A stretch of DNA of 64,000 nt from Sulfolobaceae archaeon (GCA_038893355.1 JAWARQ010000005.1:113361-177360); one strand, 5' to 3'; shown: positions 47,650 to 58,874, numbered from the stretch's first letter. The notes: generated by a model from the sequence alone, not told the origin. Numbers and translations: made by a program.

Positions 47650-49308
47650 CTATGATATGAATATTGCTTCCTCAACTAGATATTTTTGTCTAGCAACATC
47701 CATCAATTTCCTCACGAAGAAAACAGAGAAAAGCACAACAATTATACCAAAGATAAAGGAAGCCCAGCCTGCTAATGCAAGGTCGTTATTACTAACAGCA
47801 ATATTTAATAATTTCATTAAACCATGCTTAACTTCCAGTGTGTATCCTTGATAAATGTTAGGCCAATATTCTCCAATTGCTAAGCCTCCCCACGCACCAT
47901 TTATAGTACTACTTAAACCAGAAATTAAGTATGGAAATGATGAAGGAAGAAAGATGTATTTAAGCCTTTGTAATAGAGTTAGTTTAAGATTATTCATTAC
48001 ATCAAATACTTCATATGGTATGTTCTTAATTCCTGTCCAGTACGAGAAGAAAACATAATAAAAACAAGATATAAAACCTAATAGAACCACGTAAAACTCA
48101 TTCGTATAAGCTCCAAATATTGTATAAAATATATTATAAGTTATTAAGAATAAAAATGGAAAATATGCAGGTGCTGGAATAGCTGCAATAGATTGCATTA
48201 TAGGAATTAAAACTTTCTCTAGTTTTGGATGGGTTAGTAAATAGTAACCTAAGAATATTGAAATAAATAATGATAATATTGAAATAAATAAAACTCTAAT
48301 ATAATCTATAAGTATATTATATAGAATATTAGGTGTGAAACCTAAAATTCTATACCATGTTGAAATGTCTATTTCTAATATTTTTAGAAATATAATATAG
48401 ATAATTATAGAAAAAATTATAATGAAAAGATATTTTAATACTTTTTTAAAGAAATTATTAAAATATTTTGATCTATTTCTATCTTCAATTAAAATTTCAT
48501 TGACATTTACTTGCCTTCTTGAAAGTATACTTATTTTTTCAGTAATATACCTAGAAATTTTAGATACTGTGGATAAGCTGTTATAAATTCTTATGGAATA
48601 TCTAATTCTAAACTTACCCTTCTTCTGATACTTTATTTCAGTATCTATTCCAAATTTTTCAACAGACCAATTAACAAAAAATCTTAATAAGTTTAAAATC
48701 GGTATTATTATTATAATTAAAGTTAATAAAGAAACTAATGCATAATTATAGTATCCTTCACTTATTAATTCTGTAATTAGACTTCCTATTCCGAATGCAC
48801 TATAACTTGAACTACCAACAGTAAATACTTCACTTACAGTAATATAAAAAATACCATTAGTGAAGCTTGATATTGTTTCTGAAGCAATTCTTGGAATTGA
48901 AAAGGGTATATATAGATAAAGAAATTTACGAAATAGAGAAAGTCGATAGTTTTCTAAAGTTTCAATAAAATGTTGCGGAATAGTTTTAAACGACTGATAA
49001 ATTCCTACCCAAATATTCCAAACTGTTGCAGTAAATATGAGAAAAAGTACTGCAATTTCGACCCCCAATTCCCCACCTATATTATTTACAAATATCAAAA
49101 GTACAATAGGGAAAAAGCTAATTACTGGAATTGATTCAAAAACTCCTATAATTGATGTGTAAATATTTTCGAATAATTTATTTTTTATAGATAAGTATGC
49201 AAATAAAAATCCTGTAACAATTGAAATAAGAATTGTTACAAACACTCTACCTATACTGATTAAAGAAGCTAAGAACGAGAGATAGAGTAATGTAATTTCT
49301 TCTGCCAA
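47650..49308 (-). CDS. ABC importer permease with duplicated domain (NitT/TauT-like)
   Basis: ESIPVISFFP and QSIAAIPAPAYFP halves; GGTGA SD before TTG. Confidence 0.85.
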   Translation of the reverse strand: MAEEITLLYLSFLASLISIGRVFVTILISIVTGFLFAYLSIKNKLFENIYTSIIGVFESIPVISFFPIVLLIFVNNIGGELGVEIAVLFLIFTATVWNIWVGIYQSFKTIPQHFIETLENYRLSLFRKFLYLYIPFSIPRIASETISSFTNGIFYITVSEVFTVGSSSYSAFGIGSLITELISEGYYNYALVSLLTLIIIIIPILNLLRFFVNWSVEKFGIDTEIKYQKKGKFRIRYSIRIYNSLSTVSKISRYITEKISILSRRQVNVNEILIEDRNRSKYFNNFFKKVLKYLFIIIFSIIIYIIFLKILEIDISTWYRILGFTPNILYNILIDYIRVLFISILSLFISIFLGYYLLTHPKLEKVLIPIMQSIAAIPAPAYFPFLFLITYNIFYTIFGAYTNEFYVVLLGFISCFYYVFFSYWTGIKNIPYEVFDVMNNLKLTLLQRLKYIFLPSSFPYLISGLSSTINGAWGGLAIGEYWPNIYQGYTLEVKHGLMKLLNIAVSNNDLALAGWASFIFGIIVVLFSVFFVRKLMDVARQKYLVEEAIFIS

Positions 49309-49623
49309 AATTTTTCACCATCTAAGAGTAATTAAGACTATAAATTTCATAAATTCTAAATAATTTATAATTATATACACATTATATGCCTTTGCACTTT
49401 CATATAATAAAAATTTTCTACCCTTACTTTACGTATCTCCTATGTTTCTTTTAGATTTCATATAGGTAGATTTATGAATTTTTATAATATTCATAAATAA
49501 TCTTGTACTAAAAATTATAAAGCTACGAATATAATAGCATATTTCATTCAATAATTATTTTTATTTCTTTTTCTATAAAAGAAAAATTATTATATAATTA
49601 TATTATATAATAAATAATAGTTT

Positions 49624-50280
49624 TTAAGGAAATATTACCATAATTGTTAAATTACTAAATTCGATTTCTTCAGTAGCAAGTGAGTACAATACGTATTCCC
49701 TTCTTCTCTCATCATTATACGTAACTTTCTCGTAAACTATTACTTTTTTATTACTTAATCCTAATCTTATCAGATCTTTAGCTAATTCTTGTGGTCCTTT
49801 AGGATTTGGTTTAGGAATTACTATTACAATTCTGCCAATTTCTAATAATTTTTTAATTTCTAGCAGATTAACTTCTCCTCTTACATGTAAGCTTACTAAC
49901 GCGCAATGGGCTAAATCTAATCCTTCTCTAGCTAAGACTATATTTATGCTCGAAACCCCTGAAACTACTTCAACTTTAACATTATGCTCATTTGCTAATT
50001 TCTTTATCTTTTCAAGAAATTGCCAATCGGAAACAGTAGGATCTCCATGATTTAGTATACTTACAACTTTTCCATCTTTAGCAATTTTCATTATTTTCTC
50101 TAACTCTTCAATCTGATTATTATAAGTTAATTTTATTATTTTTTTATTTTTAAACATTTCGTTAAATCTATTTAATACACTTTCCCAACCTGCAACTACT
50201 TCCGAATCCTCTATTACCTTTTTAGCCTTTATTGTTATTAACTCTGGATCCCCGGGGCCTACTCCTACTATATATATCAT
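49624..50280 (-). CDS. cbiE: Cobalt-precorrin-7 C5-methyltransferase
   Basis: VGVGPGDP, GDP, GVSS, SLH, EKVTYNDER. Confidence 0.8.
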   Translation of the reverse strand: MIYIVGVGPGDPELITIKAKKVIEDSEVVAGWESVLNRFNEMFKNKKIIKLTYNNQIEELEKIMKIAKDGKVVSILNHGDPTVSDWQFLEKIKKLANEHNVKVEVVSGVSSINIVLAREGLDLAHCALVSLHVRGEVNLLEIKKLLEIGRIVIVIPKPNPKGPQELAKDLIRLGLSNKKVIVYEKVTYNDERRREYVLYSLATEEIEFSNLTIMVIFP

Positions 50281-50285
50281 GATCT

Positions 50286-51272
50286 TTATCCCTCTATTGT
50301 TGCAATAGCTAATGTTACTTCATTATCTATACTTATCTTTCTAAATACTAATCTAGAAGACGAACCACCAGCTAATAACGCAGAAATCTCTGCAACACCT
50401 TTTATGCCTAGTTCTATGAGCTTATTACTTGGAGGAGTTAGGCAAGGATGTTCGAAATTACGAATTTCATCAAAGCTTACAAGTTTAAATTTTGCATTAA
50501 GTATCTCAGCTATTCTTTTCATTTCTTCCCTTACAGATGCTACAACTCTAATTCTATTCCTTATCTTTAACCTTTCTAGTATTTTTATAATTTTTTCAGA
50601 TACTATTTCGATATCTACTGATTTCTTAGAACCTATTCCAACTGCCAATTCTAATGGCTTTAATTTTAGTATAACCTTATCATGATTATTTATATTCTCT
50701 TCGCTAGTAGTAGTTATTACGTACTTACACTCTTCAGAATACTCTTCCAGTCCTTCAACTTTTATATCAATACCCTTTAAACAAACTCTTTCTCCTTTTA
50801 AAATTGCAGAATTGATTTTTACTATATTTTCTGGGTTCTCAATCTTACTAATAGTTAGTTTTGCTATTAATTCAACATTAGGTTTTGATTTTAATTCTGA
50901 TGCTGTAGTAATTATCGGTGTTGCATTAATTAATTCTGAGATTTCTAGTGTTACTTCATTTGCACCCCAATGTCCCCCTAATACTGGAATTACATACTTC
51001 CCCAGATCATCTATTCCTATAACAGGCGGATCTAGGTGTTTAGCTTTAGCATACTTACAGATAGTCCTCACACTTCCCTCTAAAGCCATAATAAATATTA
51101 TTACATCAAAACAGTTCCAAATTTTTTCTATATCAGCCTCTTTATATTTATATAAAACTACTGGAATTTCTTTATTTTTTAATAATTTTAAAATTCTTTC
51201 ACCTAATTTATATCCTTCATCACTGGCAGCTACTATTGCAACTCCTCTCCACATATTCTCTAACATGTACAT
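50286..51272 (-). CDS. cbiG: Cobalt-precorrin-5A hydrolase
   Basis: DPPVIGIDD, GGHWGAN, ITTASE, GIGS, GVAEISAL. Confidence 0.9.
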   Translation of the reverse strand: MYMLENMWRGVAIVAASDEGYKLGERILKLLKNKEIPVVLYKYKEADIEKIWNCFDVIIFIMALEGSVRTICKYAKAKHLDPPVIGIDDLGKYVIPVLGGHWGANEVTLEISELINATPIITTASELKSKPNVELIAKLTISKIENPENIVKINSAILKGERVCLKGIDIKVEGLEEYSEECKYVITTTSEENINNHDKVILKLKPLELAVGIGSKKSVDIEIVSEKIIKILERLKIRNRIRVVASVREEMKRIAEILNAKFKLVSFDEIRNFEHPCLTPPSNKLIELGIKGVAEISALLAGGSSSRLVFRKISIDNEVTLAIATIEG

Positions 51273-51283
51273 TCTCCTCTTAT

Positions 51284-51949
51284 CTATTCTCTCCTTGCGA
51301 TTATCATTGAAAAGTAATCCCTTTCACTTATTTCGTCCTTTTTCTCTAATCTTACTATTCTTTCATTATCCATAAAACATCTTCTAGCATATATTAATCG
51401 GAATTTAGAATTAAGTAGATCTATTATCTCATTAATGTTTTCATTTGTTTTAAGTATTACTATACAATCGAAAAGATCTTTAATTTTCTGTAATAAATCT
51501 ATCCTCGAAGACGTTACAATAGCAATTGACTCATCATTATTTGCTAAATTCAAATTAGCTTTTGCAGCACATGCTGTTATGGAAGAAATTCCTGGAACTA
51601 TCTCTAACTCTTTTATGCAATTTAAATATTTATTTATTCTGAAAAAAGTACTATATAAACTCGGATCACCTAATACTGCAAAAGTGTTTACATTACCTAA
51701 GTTATTACATATAGTATCTGCTATATTCTTTAAGGTACCCTCACTAACTTCATGTGACATTGGAAATCCTACTTGAATTATCTTACTATTTTGACTTCGA
51801 TAATTATTTACAATAGATAACGCAAGACTTCTATTAGTATTTGTTGAGTAGGGTATAAATATTGTATCTGAAATAGCTAAAATCTTTGAAGCCTTTACAC
51901 TTATTAACTCTGGATCCCCAGGTCCTAAGCCCACTACATAAAACTTCAT
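51284..51949 (-). CDS. cbiL: Cobalt-factor II C20-methyltransferase
   Basis: GLGPGDPELIS, FPM, LGDPSLYSTF, ILK, YFS. Confidence 0.88.
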   Translation of the reverse strand: MKFYVVGLGPGDPELISVKASKILAISDTIFIPYSTNTNRSLALSIVNNYRSQNSKIIQVGFPMSHEVSEGTLKNIADTICNNLGNVNTFAVLGDPSLYSTFFRINKYLNCIKELEIVPGISSITACAAKANLNLANNDESIAIVTSSRIDLLQKIKDLFDCIVILKTNENINEIIDLLNSKFRLIYARRCFMDNERIVRLEKKDEISERDYFSMIIARRE

Positions 51950-52545
51950 ACAAATTCACCGCTAATTATGAAAATTGGATTTCTTGAAATCATTGCTGTG
52001 CCATACTTAGTCTTAAGACCCTTAGCTACTATTACTTCAGTTATGTCTATATTACTAAAACCATTAGCTTCTAAACTTGCTAACGCTTTATTTACAGTTT
52101 CTATAAGTATGGCATCTATTACTACTCTTGCACCCTTATTCATAATACTCCTAATCTTTGATATTACTTCAGATATTACTTCAGATCCGCCACCAATAAA
52201 TATGACATCAAATTTCTCATTTATTTTCTCTAATATTTGTGGAACTTCTCCATGAATTAAGACAATCCTATCACTTACTCCAAACTTTTCAGCATTTTTA
52301 CGCGTAAGGTTTATTGCTTTTTCATCTTTATCAATACCATAGACTTTCCCTTTATCCCCTACGAGTAAAGCAGCTTCTACAGTTACACTACCTGTTCCAC
52401 ATCCAATATCTAGAAATTTATCGCCCTTTCTAACTCTAGCTTTAGATAGTGCAAGTGCCCTTATTTCTTCCTTAGTCATTGGGATTGATTCTTCTCTTTC
52501 AAAATAATTATCCGGTATTCCGGGTACTGCATACTCCCATTTCAT
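51946..52545 (-). CDS. cbiT: Cobalt-precorrin-6B C15-methyltransferase
   Basis: PMTKEEIR, DIGCGTGSV, FIGG, NPIFI. Confidence 0.92.
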   Translation of the reverse strand: MKWEYAVPGIPDNYFEREESIPMTKEEIRALALSKARVRKGDKFLDIGCGTGSVTVEAALLVGDKGKVYGIDKDEKAINLTRKNAEKFGVSDRIVLIHGEVPQILEKINEKFDVIFIGGGSEVISEVISKIRSIMNKGARVVIDAILIETVNKALASLEANGFSNIDITEVIVAKGLKTKYGTAMISRNPIFIISGEFV

Positions 52546-53591
52546 GTTCTCCCACTCTTCGCTAGTATTTTTCCATCATAATCAAAAATAATTACGCCAA
52601 ATTCTATATCTTTTCCAATTTTTTTCAATCTTTTTAAAATCTTTTCTGCTATATATTGCATAACTATAGATTTATACTCTCCTAAATAATTAAAAGCTTC
52701 TTCAACCGTAAGGGAGTTTGCCACTTTCTCTATTACGTGATATGGGACTTTATTTACCATACATGCATGAGTTAAAGTCTCTATTCTTCCATCTCCGTAT
52801 TTATTATGAGTATTAAGAATTCCTATGGATACTTTTATTAGTTTTGCAGGCAAACCAGCTAGGATTATTCTCTTAAATCCTGCCCTTATTGCTTGCAGAA
52901 TCGTATCTCCTATTCTATCTCCTACTTTTACAACAATATTGCCATAAATTGCTTTAGAATAAGAAGCACCAGTATTTCCTGGACTAATAACTATTGTCTC
53001 GGAAGAAGACCTTATAACATTTAATTCACACTTTATGTGCTCAAGGTAATCTTCATCAGATACTGGCATCTCTATTCCAGTAGTTCCTAAAATTGAGATT
53101 CCACCCTCAATACCTACTTCTGGATTCATTGTACTTATTGCTATATTCTCACCGTTAGGAACTTCTATAAGGACTCTAACCCCCTTATCCCTAATAACTT
53201 CTCTTATAGCTTCTTCTATCATTCTAGAAGGAATTGGATTTATCGCCTTATTACCTACTGGTACTTTCATTCCCTGTCTTTTCACTATTCCTACACCTTT
53301 ACCACCCTCAATAATTATCCTCTGTTCATCAATTAGAGAAACACATGAAACTATCTCAATACCATTAAGAATATCTGGGTTATCTCCAGAAAATTTCTTA
53401 ACAGTAGCACAGAACATATCCTCTTTTTTGAAGACATTCTCAATAGGTATCTCTAATCTTAAACCTATTGGCGTTGGAATAGTAACTGTTAACTGTGGCT
53501 TTCCTAGAAGTGCCAGTACTGCAGCCTTAGATGCGGCTGCAGCAGCAGCACCAGTCGTTATTCCAAATCTTTTAAGTGTTTCTAATATCAT
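52542..53591 (-). CDS. cbiD: Cobalt-precorrin-5B C1-methyltransferase
   Basis: GITTGAAAAAA, AINPIP, GGISILGTTG. Confidence 0.93.
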   Translation of the reverse strand: MILETLKRFGITTGAAAAAASKAAVLALLGKPQLTVTIPTPIGLRLEIPIENVFKKEDMFCATVKKFSGDNPDILNGIEIVSCVSLIDEQRIIIEGGKGVGIVKRQGMKVPVGNKAINPIPSRMIEEAIREVIRDKGVRVLIEVPNGENIAISTMNPEVGIEGGISILGTTGIEMPVSDEDYLEHIKCELNVIRSSSETIVISPGNTGASYSKAIYGNIVVKVGDRIGDTILQAIRAGFKRIILAGLPAKLIKVSIGILNTHNKYGDGRIETLTHACMVNKVPYHVIEKVANSLTVEEAFNYLGEYKSIVMQYIAEKILKRLKKIGKDIEFGVIIFDYDGKILAKSGRT

Positions 53592-54337
53592 AACTCATAC
53601 TTCCTTTCATAACCTCTTGGAGTTATCATGAAATTTTTATACTTATACGTTTTCGAATTTCCTACAATTATAGTAGTAACCATATTAATTTCTTGTAAAT
53701 ATTCTTCCCAAGATTCAATGTCTGTTAATATAACCTTCTCGTTTTCTCTATATGCTGCCTTAACGATCCCTACTGGCGTTTTAGGAGACCTATACCTTGA
53801 TACTATTTTCATTGCCTTCTTTAATAGATTGTCGTTTATTGGATTATAGAATACTACTACAAAATCCCCTTCTGCAGCCTTCCGAACTCTATCTAATATC
53901 TCTTCCTCGGGTATTAATAAGTCGCTTAAACTAATTACCGCATAATCTAGTGATAGTGGGCTCCCTAATCTTGCTGCTGCAGCTAATGCTGCTGTTACTC
54001 CAGGTATTACCTCTACATCTACATTTATCTCCTTTCTTGCAATCATGTCAAATACAAGCCCTGCCATACCGTATACTTGTGGATCACCGCTTGAAATTAA
54101 TGCAACGTTCTTGCCTTCTAACGCTTTTTGAATTGCAATGCTAGCCCTAAATATCTCTTCCTTCATTCGTGCACCTATAACCTCTTTACCATTTAGTACA
54201 TCCTGAACAAGTTTGAGGTAAGTATTATAACCTATTATTACTTCGCTCTTTTCCAAAATTTCATGAGCTTCAATAGTTCTTAATCTCTTACTACCCGGTC
54301 CGATTCCTACTAAATAAAGCTTCCCCATTATTCTCAC
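53588..54337 (-). CDS. cbiH: Precorrin-3B C17-methyltransferase
   Basis: GIGPG, SSGDPQVYGMAG, ISLSDLL, TPRGY. Confidence 0.93.
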   Translation of the reverse strand: MRIMGKLYLVGIGPGSKRLRTIEAHEILEKSEVIIGYNTYLKLVQDVLNGKEVIGARMKEEIFRASIAIQKALEGKNVALISSGDPQVYGMAGLVFDMIARKEINVDVEVIPGVTAALAAAARLGSPLSLDYAVISLSDLLIPEEEILDRVRKAAEGDFVVVFYNPINDNLLKKAMKIVSRYRSPKTPVGIVKAAYRENEKVILTDIESWEEYLQEINMVTTIIVGNSKTYKYKNFMITPRGYERKYEL

Positions 54338-55338
54338 CTAATCATATTAATTAGCTCATTTATAATCGCTACAGCTATTCCACTTCCACCGTAAGAACCT
54401 CGTATAACTATACTTGGTATTCCATTCCTTACTAATTCTTCTTTAGCCTCTATTGCATTTGTAAAACCTGGTGGTGTCGCAATTACTAATGGTATGTCTT
54501 TTCCCTCCTTAATGATCTTTATTACTTCAACTAATGCAGTAGGCGAATTACCTATAACAACTATTTTTCCCCCATCTCCTACACTCTCCCTTATTCCAAT
54601 AGCAGCTCTCGTCTTCTTAAGAATTTTCGAAGCTTCTATTACCTCTGGTGCATCAATTTTACAGACAACTTTTCTCCATCTTATCCCTACAGCTACCATT
54701 TTCACGTCTGCAACAATTTCTACACCCGCACTTAATGCTTCTATACCGTTTTCTATTGCCGTGTCACTTATGTAGACATATTTTAGGAGTTCTGGATTTC
54801 CAGATGAAAATATTATCTTTGCAAGAATTCTCCTTACTTTCTCATCTCTTATATCGCTTAAATATTTTTGAGAAATCTGAGATAAGCTACTTTCTTCAAT
54901 CTCCTCAGGATTTTCAATATATTTTAATTCACTGATATCTGGTAGAGCTCTTTTTATACGATAAAGTACTGCTTGCCAAATTAAAGGAGACTTACCTAAA
55001 GGTTCAGTAATAAATATTTTTGCTTCTTTATTCTCGATTTTAATCTTCTCCCAGCTATTGATAGAACTTATTCCTAATTCACCCATTATATCTTTAAAGA
55101 CATGATTTCCTCTACCTAAAAATGCTAAAGACATGATAATATTATCATAGCCTTCTTTAACTAACTTCCTTATTTCCTCCCTCCAATTAGGTTCGCTATA
55201 TTCATTATATGCTATTCTGACCTCTAGAGCTAAGTTCTTTTTAAGATATTCAATAATACTTTCTATATCTTCATTATACTCTCTTCTTCTAGATCCATGT
55301 CCAACTATAATTACGGCGTATTTGGATAGACTATCCAT
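54334..55338 (-). CDS. cbiC: CbiX-like chelatase fused to precorrin-8X methylmutase CbiC
   Basis: N-terminal GHGSRR...GNHV; C-terminal DVKMV, TRAA, IGNSPTAL, PPGF, GGSG. Confidence 0.88.
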   Translation of the reverse strand: MDSLSKYAVIIVGHGSRRREYNEDIESIIEYLKKNLALEVRIAYNEYSEPNWREEIRKLVKEGYDNIIMSLAFLGRGNHVFKDIMGELGISSINSWEKIKIENKEAKIFITEPLGKSPLIWQAVLYRIKRALPDISELKYIENPEEIEESSLSQISQKYLSDIRDEKVRRILAKIIFSSGNPELLKYVYISDTAIENGIEALSAGVEIVADVKMVAVGIRWRKVVCKIDAPEVIEASKILKKTRAAIGIRESVGDGGKIVVIGNSPTALVEVIKIIKEGKDIPLVIATPPGFTNAIEAKEELVRNGIPSIVIRGSYGGSGIAVAIINELINMIR

Positions 55339-55438
55339 ACTAGTTAAGATAGTCTTAACTTAATAAAATACTTATTATATCTCTTAAAGTTTATACAAAC
55401 TGCATAATTTTTTATCTTACCTTTATGGAAGAACAATT

Positions 55439-56254
55439 ATGAATTACTTATATCCTATAGTCGCAGGTATTATACAAGGAATCACTGAATGGCTTCCAGT
55501 AAGTAGTAAGACACAAATTTTGCTAGTAAGTAGTTTAATATTTGGATTCCCAATAAGTGTGAGCTACGTCTATGGTCTCTTTATGGAGATAGGTTCTATA
55601 ACTTCTGCTACAACTTACTTTAGAAAAGATGTAGTAAATGTGTTTAGAGATAAAAAATTATTTTATATTTTATTATTAATAACTTTATTTACAGGATTGG
55701 TAGGCGGTCCTTTATATTATATTACATCAAAGCTCTTGCTAAGCAATAGTTATCCATTATGGCTACCTATGCTTATTTTAGGACTTGTACTTATTAGTGA
55801 GGGAATATATATCTATTATTCAAGAAAAAAAGGTCGTAATTTTGTATTAATTGATGATATTAGTAAAATAAATAATCGTCAAATTATCTTAATCGGTATA
55901 ATGCAGGGTTTATCTGCATTACCAGGGGTTAGTAGGTCGGGCGTTACGATTTCAACTATGCTATTAATGGGAATAAAGCCAGACATTGCATTTAAACTTT
56001 CTTATTTGGCTTATATACCAGCAGCAATAGGAGCATTTGCAGCAACCTTGTTATTAGATAGAGAAGAGATAATGTATGTATCTAGAAGTATAGAACTTTC
56101 TGGAATAATATTAGCCATAATAGTGGCTATAATAATTAGTTTCATAACAATTAGATTATTATTAGATTTTGCTAAAAGAAATGATATATATTTAGTAACT
56201 ATAATAGTAGGAATTATTGCGATTTTATCGAGTTTAGTTATTATCTTCTTCTAG
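55439..56254 (+). CDS. uppP: Undecaprenyl/polyprenyl-diphosphate phosphatase (BacA family)
   Basis: QGITEWLPVSS, PGVSRSG. Confidence 0.92.
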   Translation: MNYLYPIVAGIIQGITEWLPVSSKTQILLVSSLIFGFPISVSYVYGLFMEIGSITSATTYFRKDVVNVFRDKKLFYILLLITLFTGLVGGPLYYITSKLLLSNSYPLWLPMLILGLVLISEGIYIYYSRKKGRNFVLIDDISKINNRQIILIGIMQGLSALPGVSRSGVTISTMLLMGIKPDIAFKLSYLAYIPAAIGAFAATLLLDREEIMYVSRSIELSGIILAIIVAIIISFITIRLLLDFAKRNDIYLVTIIVGIIAILSSLVIIFF

Positions 56255-56702
56255 ATCTAATCCACGAAATTAAAGCAAGAATTATAAAAACAATTGTTAT
56301 TATTATAAATACTATAGATAGTAATGATAATAGACCTGAAATTGTAATATTTCCTTTAGCTACCGAATAATCTACGGTTACTGGGATTGAATAGTTATTA
56401 TATAGCGCTGAATTTTCACCAGATACTAGAACGACTAGGTACTTTCCATTAATATTTCCTTGTTGACCTATTCCAATAAGTTTTAATGGCTTACCAATGC
56501 TAGTGTTATACAAGACTAATAACTGTGAATTGCCATATGAACTAAAATTTAATGCATTACCAGGTAGTAAGATACTTCTAAGGGGCTTAGTGTTTAAAAG
56601 TTCTCTAGTAGTTGAAATTATAGAATATGGTCCGAATATCACTGCCACAATACTTAATACTAAAAATATTATTGCTAAAATACCCCATGTTCTAGCTCGC
56701 AT
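56241..56702 (-). CDS. Hypothetical membrane protein
   Basis: N- and C-terminal TM helices around a small extracellular domain. Confidence 0.7.
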   Translation of the reverse strand: MRARTWGILAIIFLVLSIVAVIFGPYSIISTTRELLNTKPLRSILLPGNALNFSSYGNSQLLVLYNTSIGKPLKLIGIGQQGNINGKYLVVLVSGENSALYNNYSIPVTVDYSVAKGNITISGLLSLLSIVFIIITIVFIILALISWIRSRRR

Positions 56703-56731
56703 ATAATTAACTAACTTAAGCTCTTATTAAA

Positions 56732-56926
56732 TTATTTTACCGGCTTTATTACAATAGTACCTTCACTTTCTATGAAAGTCAATTTATATTTAGTGCCAAA
56801 TTTTTCTATCATTGATTTTGGAATATAGATATTTAATGGTAATGTATAATATTCATACTCATATACTTTACCCTTAACAGTCTTTTTACCTATTAATCTC
56901 TTAGCTTCAACTTCTCGCTCTCTCAT
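56732..56926 (-). CDS. Small AbrB/swapped-hairpin-like protein
   Basis: IYIPKSMIEKFG...GTIVIKP; TATA-like TTTATATA upstream. Confidence 0.65.
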   Translation of the reverse strand: MREREVEAKRLIGKKTVKGKVYEYEYYTLPLNIYIPKSMIEKFGTKYKLTFIESEGTIVIKPVK

Positions 56927-57137
56927 ACAAGATAATTAATACTTTCGAAATATATAAATTCTTTGTAGTAAATCAATCACTCATTTCTTAAACTTTTATC
57001 ATTTATTGTCAATTATCTCTGATTATCTGTATAACTTTTTAGTTGTAAATCTAAAAAGTTTTAATTTATAATTTATATAGAGAAAAGTAAAGTATAAAGA
57101 GTTTAGGTATATAAAGTTAAATGAGAAGTAAATAATA

Positions 57138-57587
57138 ATGTTAAAAATTGGAGATAAGGCTCCGGACTTCGAAGCAGATACTGATACGGGAGAAAGAATA
57201 AGATTATATGAAATACTAAAAAATAAACACGTTATACTTTATTTCTATCCTAAGGATTTCACTCCAGGATGTACTAGAGAGGCATGTAGTTTTAGAGATT
57301 CTTGGCCTGAGTTTCAAAAGTATAACGCAATAGTAATTGGTGTTAGTTCAGACGATATTAATATACATAGAAATTTCAAAAATAAATATAATTTGCCATT
57401 TATTTTAATTTCTGATAAAAATAAAAAAATAAGAGAGTTATATGACGTTAAAGGCTTCATAATACCTGCTAGAGTTACGTATGTTATTAAAATGATAGAC
57501 GGAGTAATAGTTCATGCTTATAGTTCGCAGTTTTCACCAGAAAGACATGTAAGAGAGGCTCTTACGGCTTTAAGGAGATTAACTTAA
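57138..57587 (+). CDS. bcp: Peroxiredoxin Bcp
   Basis: [15 protein letters not shown]. Confidence 0.95.
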   Translation: MLKIGDKAPDFEADTDTGERIRLYEILKNKHVILYFYPKDFTPGCTREACSFRDSWPEFQKYNAIVIGVSSDDINIHRNFKNKYNLPFILISDKNKKIRELYDVKGFIIPARVTYVIKMIDGVIVHAYSSQFSPERHVREALTALRRLT

Positions 57588-58284
57588 CCCAAGGACCAAA
57601 ATTCTCTATATGAACAATATCAAATCCTATATTTTTCATTTCAGATATATAATACTCTTTATTCCTAACCCTAATCCGCCAAAGTCGAGAAAGAATTTTT
57701 GAGAAGATAGATGAGGGATTCGCTAAGATTACGGAAATAAAAATACCCTTTGATTTTAATACTCTATAAATTTCAGATATTGCTAAAGAAGGATTATCTA
57801 ACATATGAAGAACCAAAATTGAAGTTATACCGTCTGCAATATTAGATCTTATAGGCAATTTAGTAGCATCTGCCCTTACAGGAATAACCTTATTTCCTCT
57901 TTTTTTATTTAAAATTTCTAAAAATTTAAAAGATATATCAATACCTATGCATATATTACAATTAAGATAATCAAATATTTTCCCTGTACCGGTTCCTATA
58001 TCAATTATTATATTTCCACTTAATAAAATTGAAATTTTCTTAAATAAAGTTGAATATCTTACTCCGGAAGTTATATAAAAGCCTATTGGCGCCCATATTT
58101 GTTCGTAAATTGGTGCAATTACCTCTAGACTTTCAGTTGTTCCTTTCTTATTAGTTTCTATTTTATTATTTAAAATAAAGTTATAAATATTATTTTTCTT
58201 AGAATACTTATGTCCCCTTTCACACTCTAAGTTTTCATTTATATTAGTACCATCAATAGGACACTGAAATATATTGATCATCAT
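57562..58284 (-). CDS. Class I SAM methyltransferase with N-terminal Zn-ribbon
   Basis: CPIDG..CERGH, DIGTGTG, ADATKLP. Confidence 0.85.
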   Translation of the reverse strand: MMINIFQCPIDGTNINENLECERGHKYSKKNNIYNFILNNKIETNKKGTTESLEVIAPIYEQIWAPIGFYITSGVRYSTLFKKISILLSGNIIIDIGTGTGKIFDYLNCNICIGIDISFKFLEILNKKRGNKVIPVRADATKLPIRSNIADGITSILVLHMLDNPSLAISEIYRVLKSKGIFISVILANPSSIFSKILSRLWRIRVRNKEYYISEMKNIGFDIVHIENFGPWVKLISLKP

Positions 58285-58328
58285 ATTAAACCTTAATTTA
58301 GATAGATATAAGACTCATTCTTAGCTTT

Positions 58329-58859
58329 CTAATCAATTATCTTTACTTCTTTTATATTATTATTTTTTAATATATTATATAAATATAAATAAAAATTACT
58401 TGCCTCTATTATCTCACCATTTACAAGAATTCTAGGCTTAGTTCTTTTACATACCTCTATTATATATTTAAAAATTTTGTCCTCTAAATATGATATATCA
58501 TTTATGCTCCCAATTTCAAATCTCTTCCCAAATTGAATTTCGGAAAATCCTTCTATAAATATAACATCTACAGCTAAGAAACTTAAAATTTTATGAATAT
58601 CTGTTTTTCTCTTATTTAGGAATATTATAATTTCAGATGGCGAAGATAGAACAACTATTTCAGCACCTGCTTGCTTAAATCTATAACTATCCTTTCCCCT
58701 TATGTCAATCTCATGATGAGAAGATTTTATTACTCCAACTTGCATTCCCATTTTAACAAGTTTTGATGTTAACCTCTCAATAAGCAAAGTTTTTCCGGTG
58801 TCTTTTTTGCCAACTATTTGAACCACACAACTCATATATTTTTTATTTTCATAAAACAT
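58329..58859 (-). CDS. mobB: Molybdopterin-guanine dinucleotide biosynthesis protein B
   Basis: GKKDTGKT, IKSSHH, GKDSYRF..AGA, IEGF; likely start at MSCVV. Confidence 0.9.
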   Translation of the reverse strand: MFYENKKYMSCVVQIVGKKDTGKTLLIERLTSKLVKMGMQVGVIKSSHHEIDIRGKDSYRFKQAGAEIVVLSSPSEIIIFLNKRKTDIHKILSFLAVDVIFIEGFSEIQFGKRFEIGSINDISYLEDKIFKYIIEVCKRTKPRILVNGEIIEASNFYLYLYNILKNNNIKEVKIID

Positions 58860-58874
58860 AAATAATAATAACTT

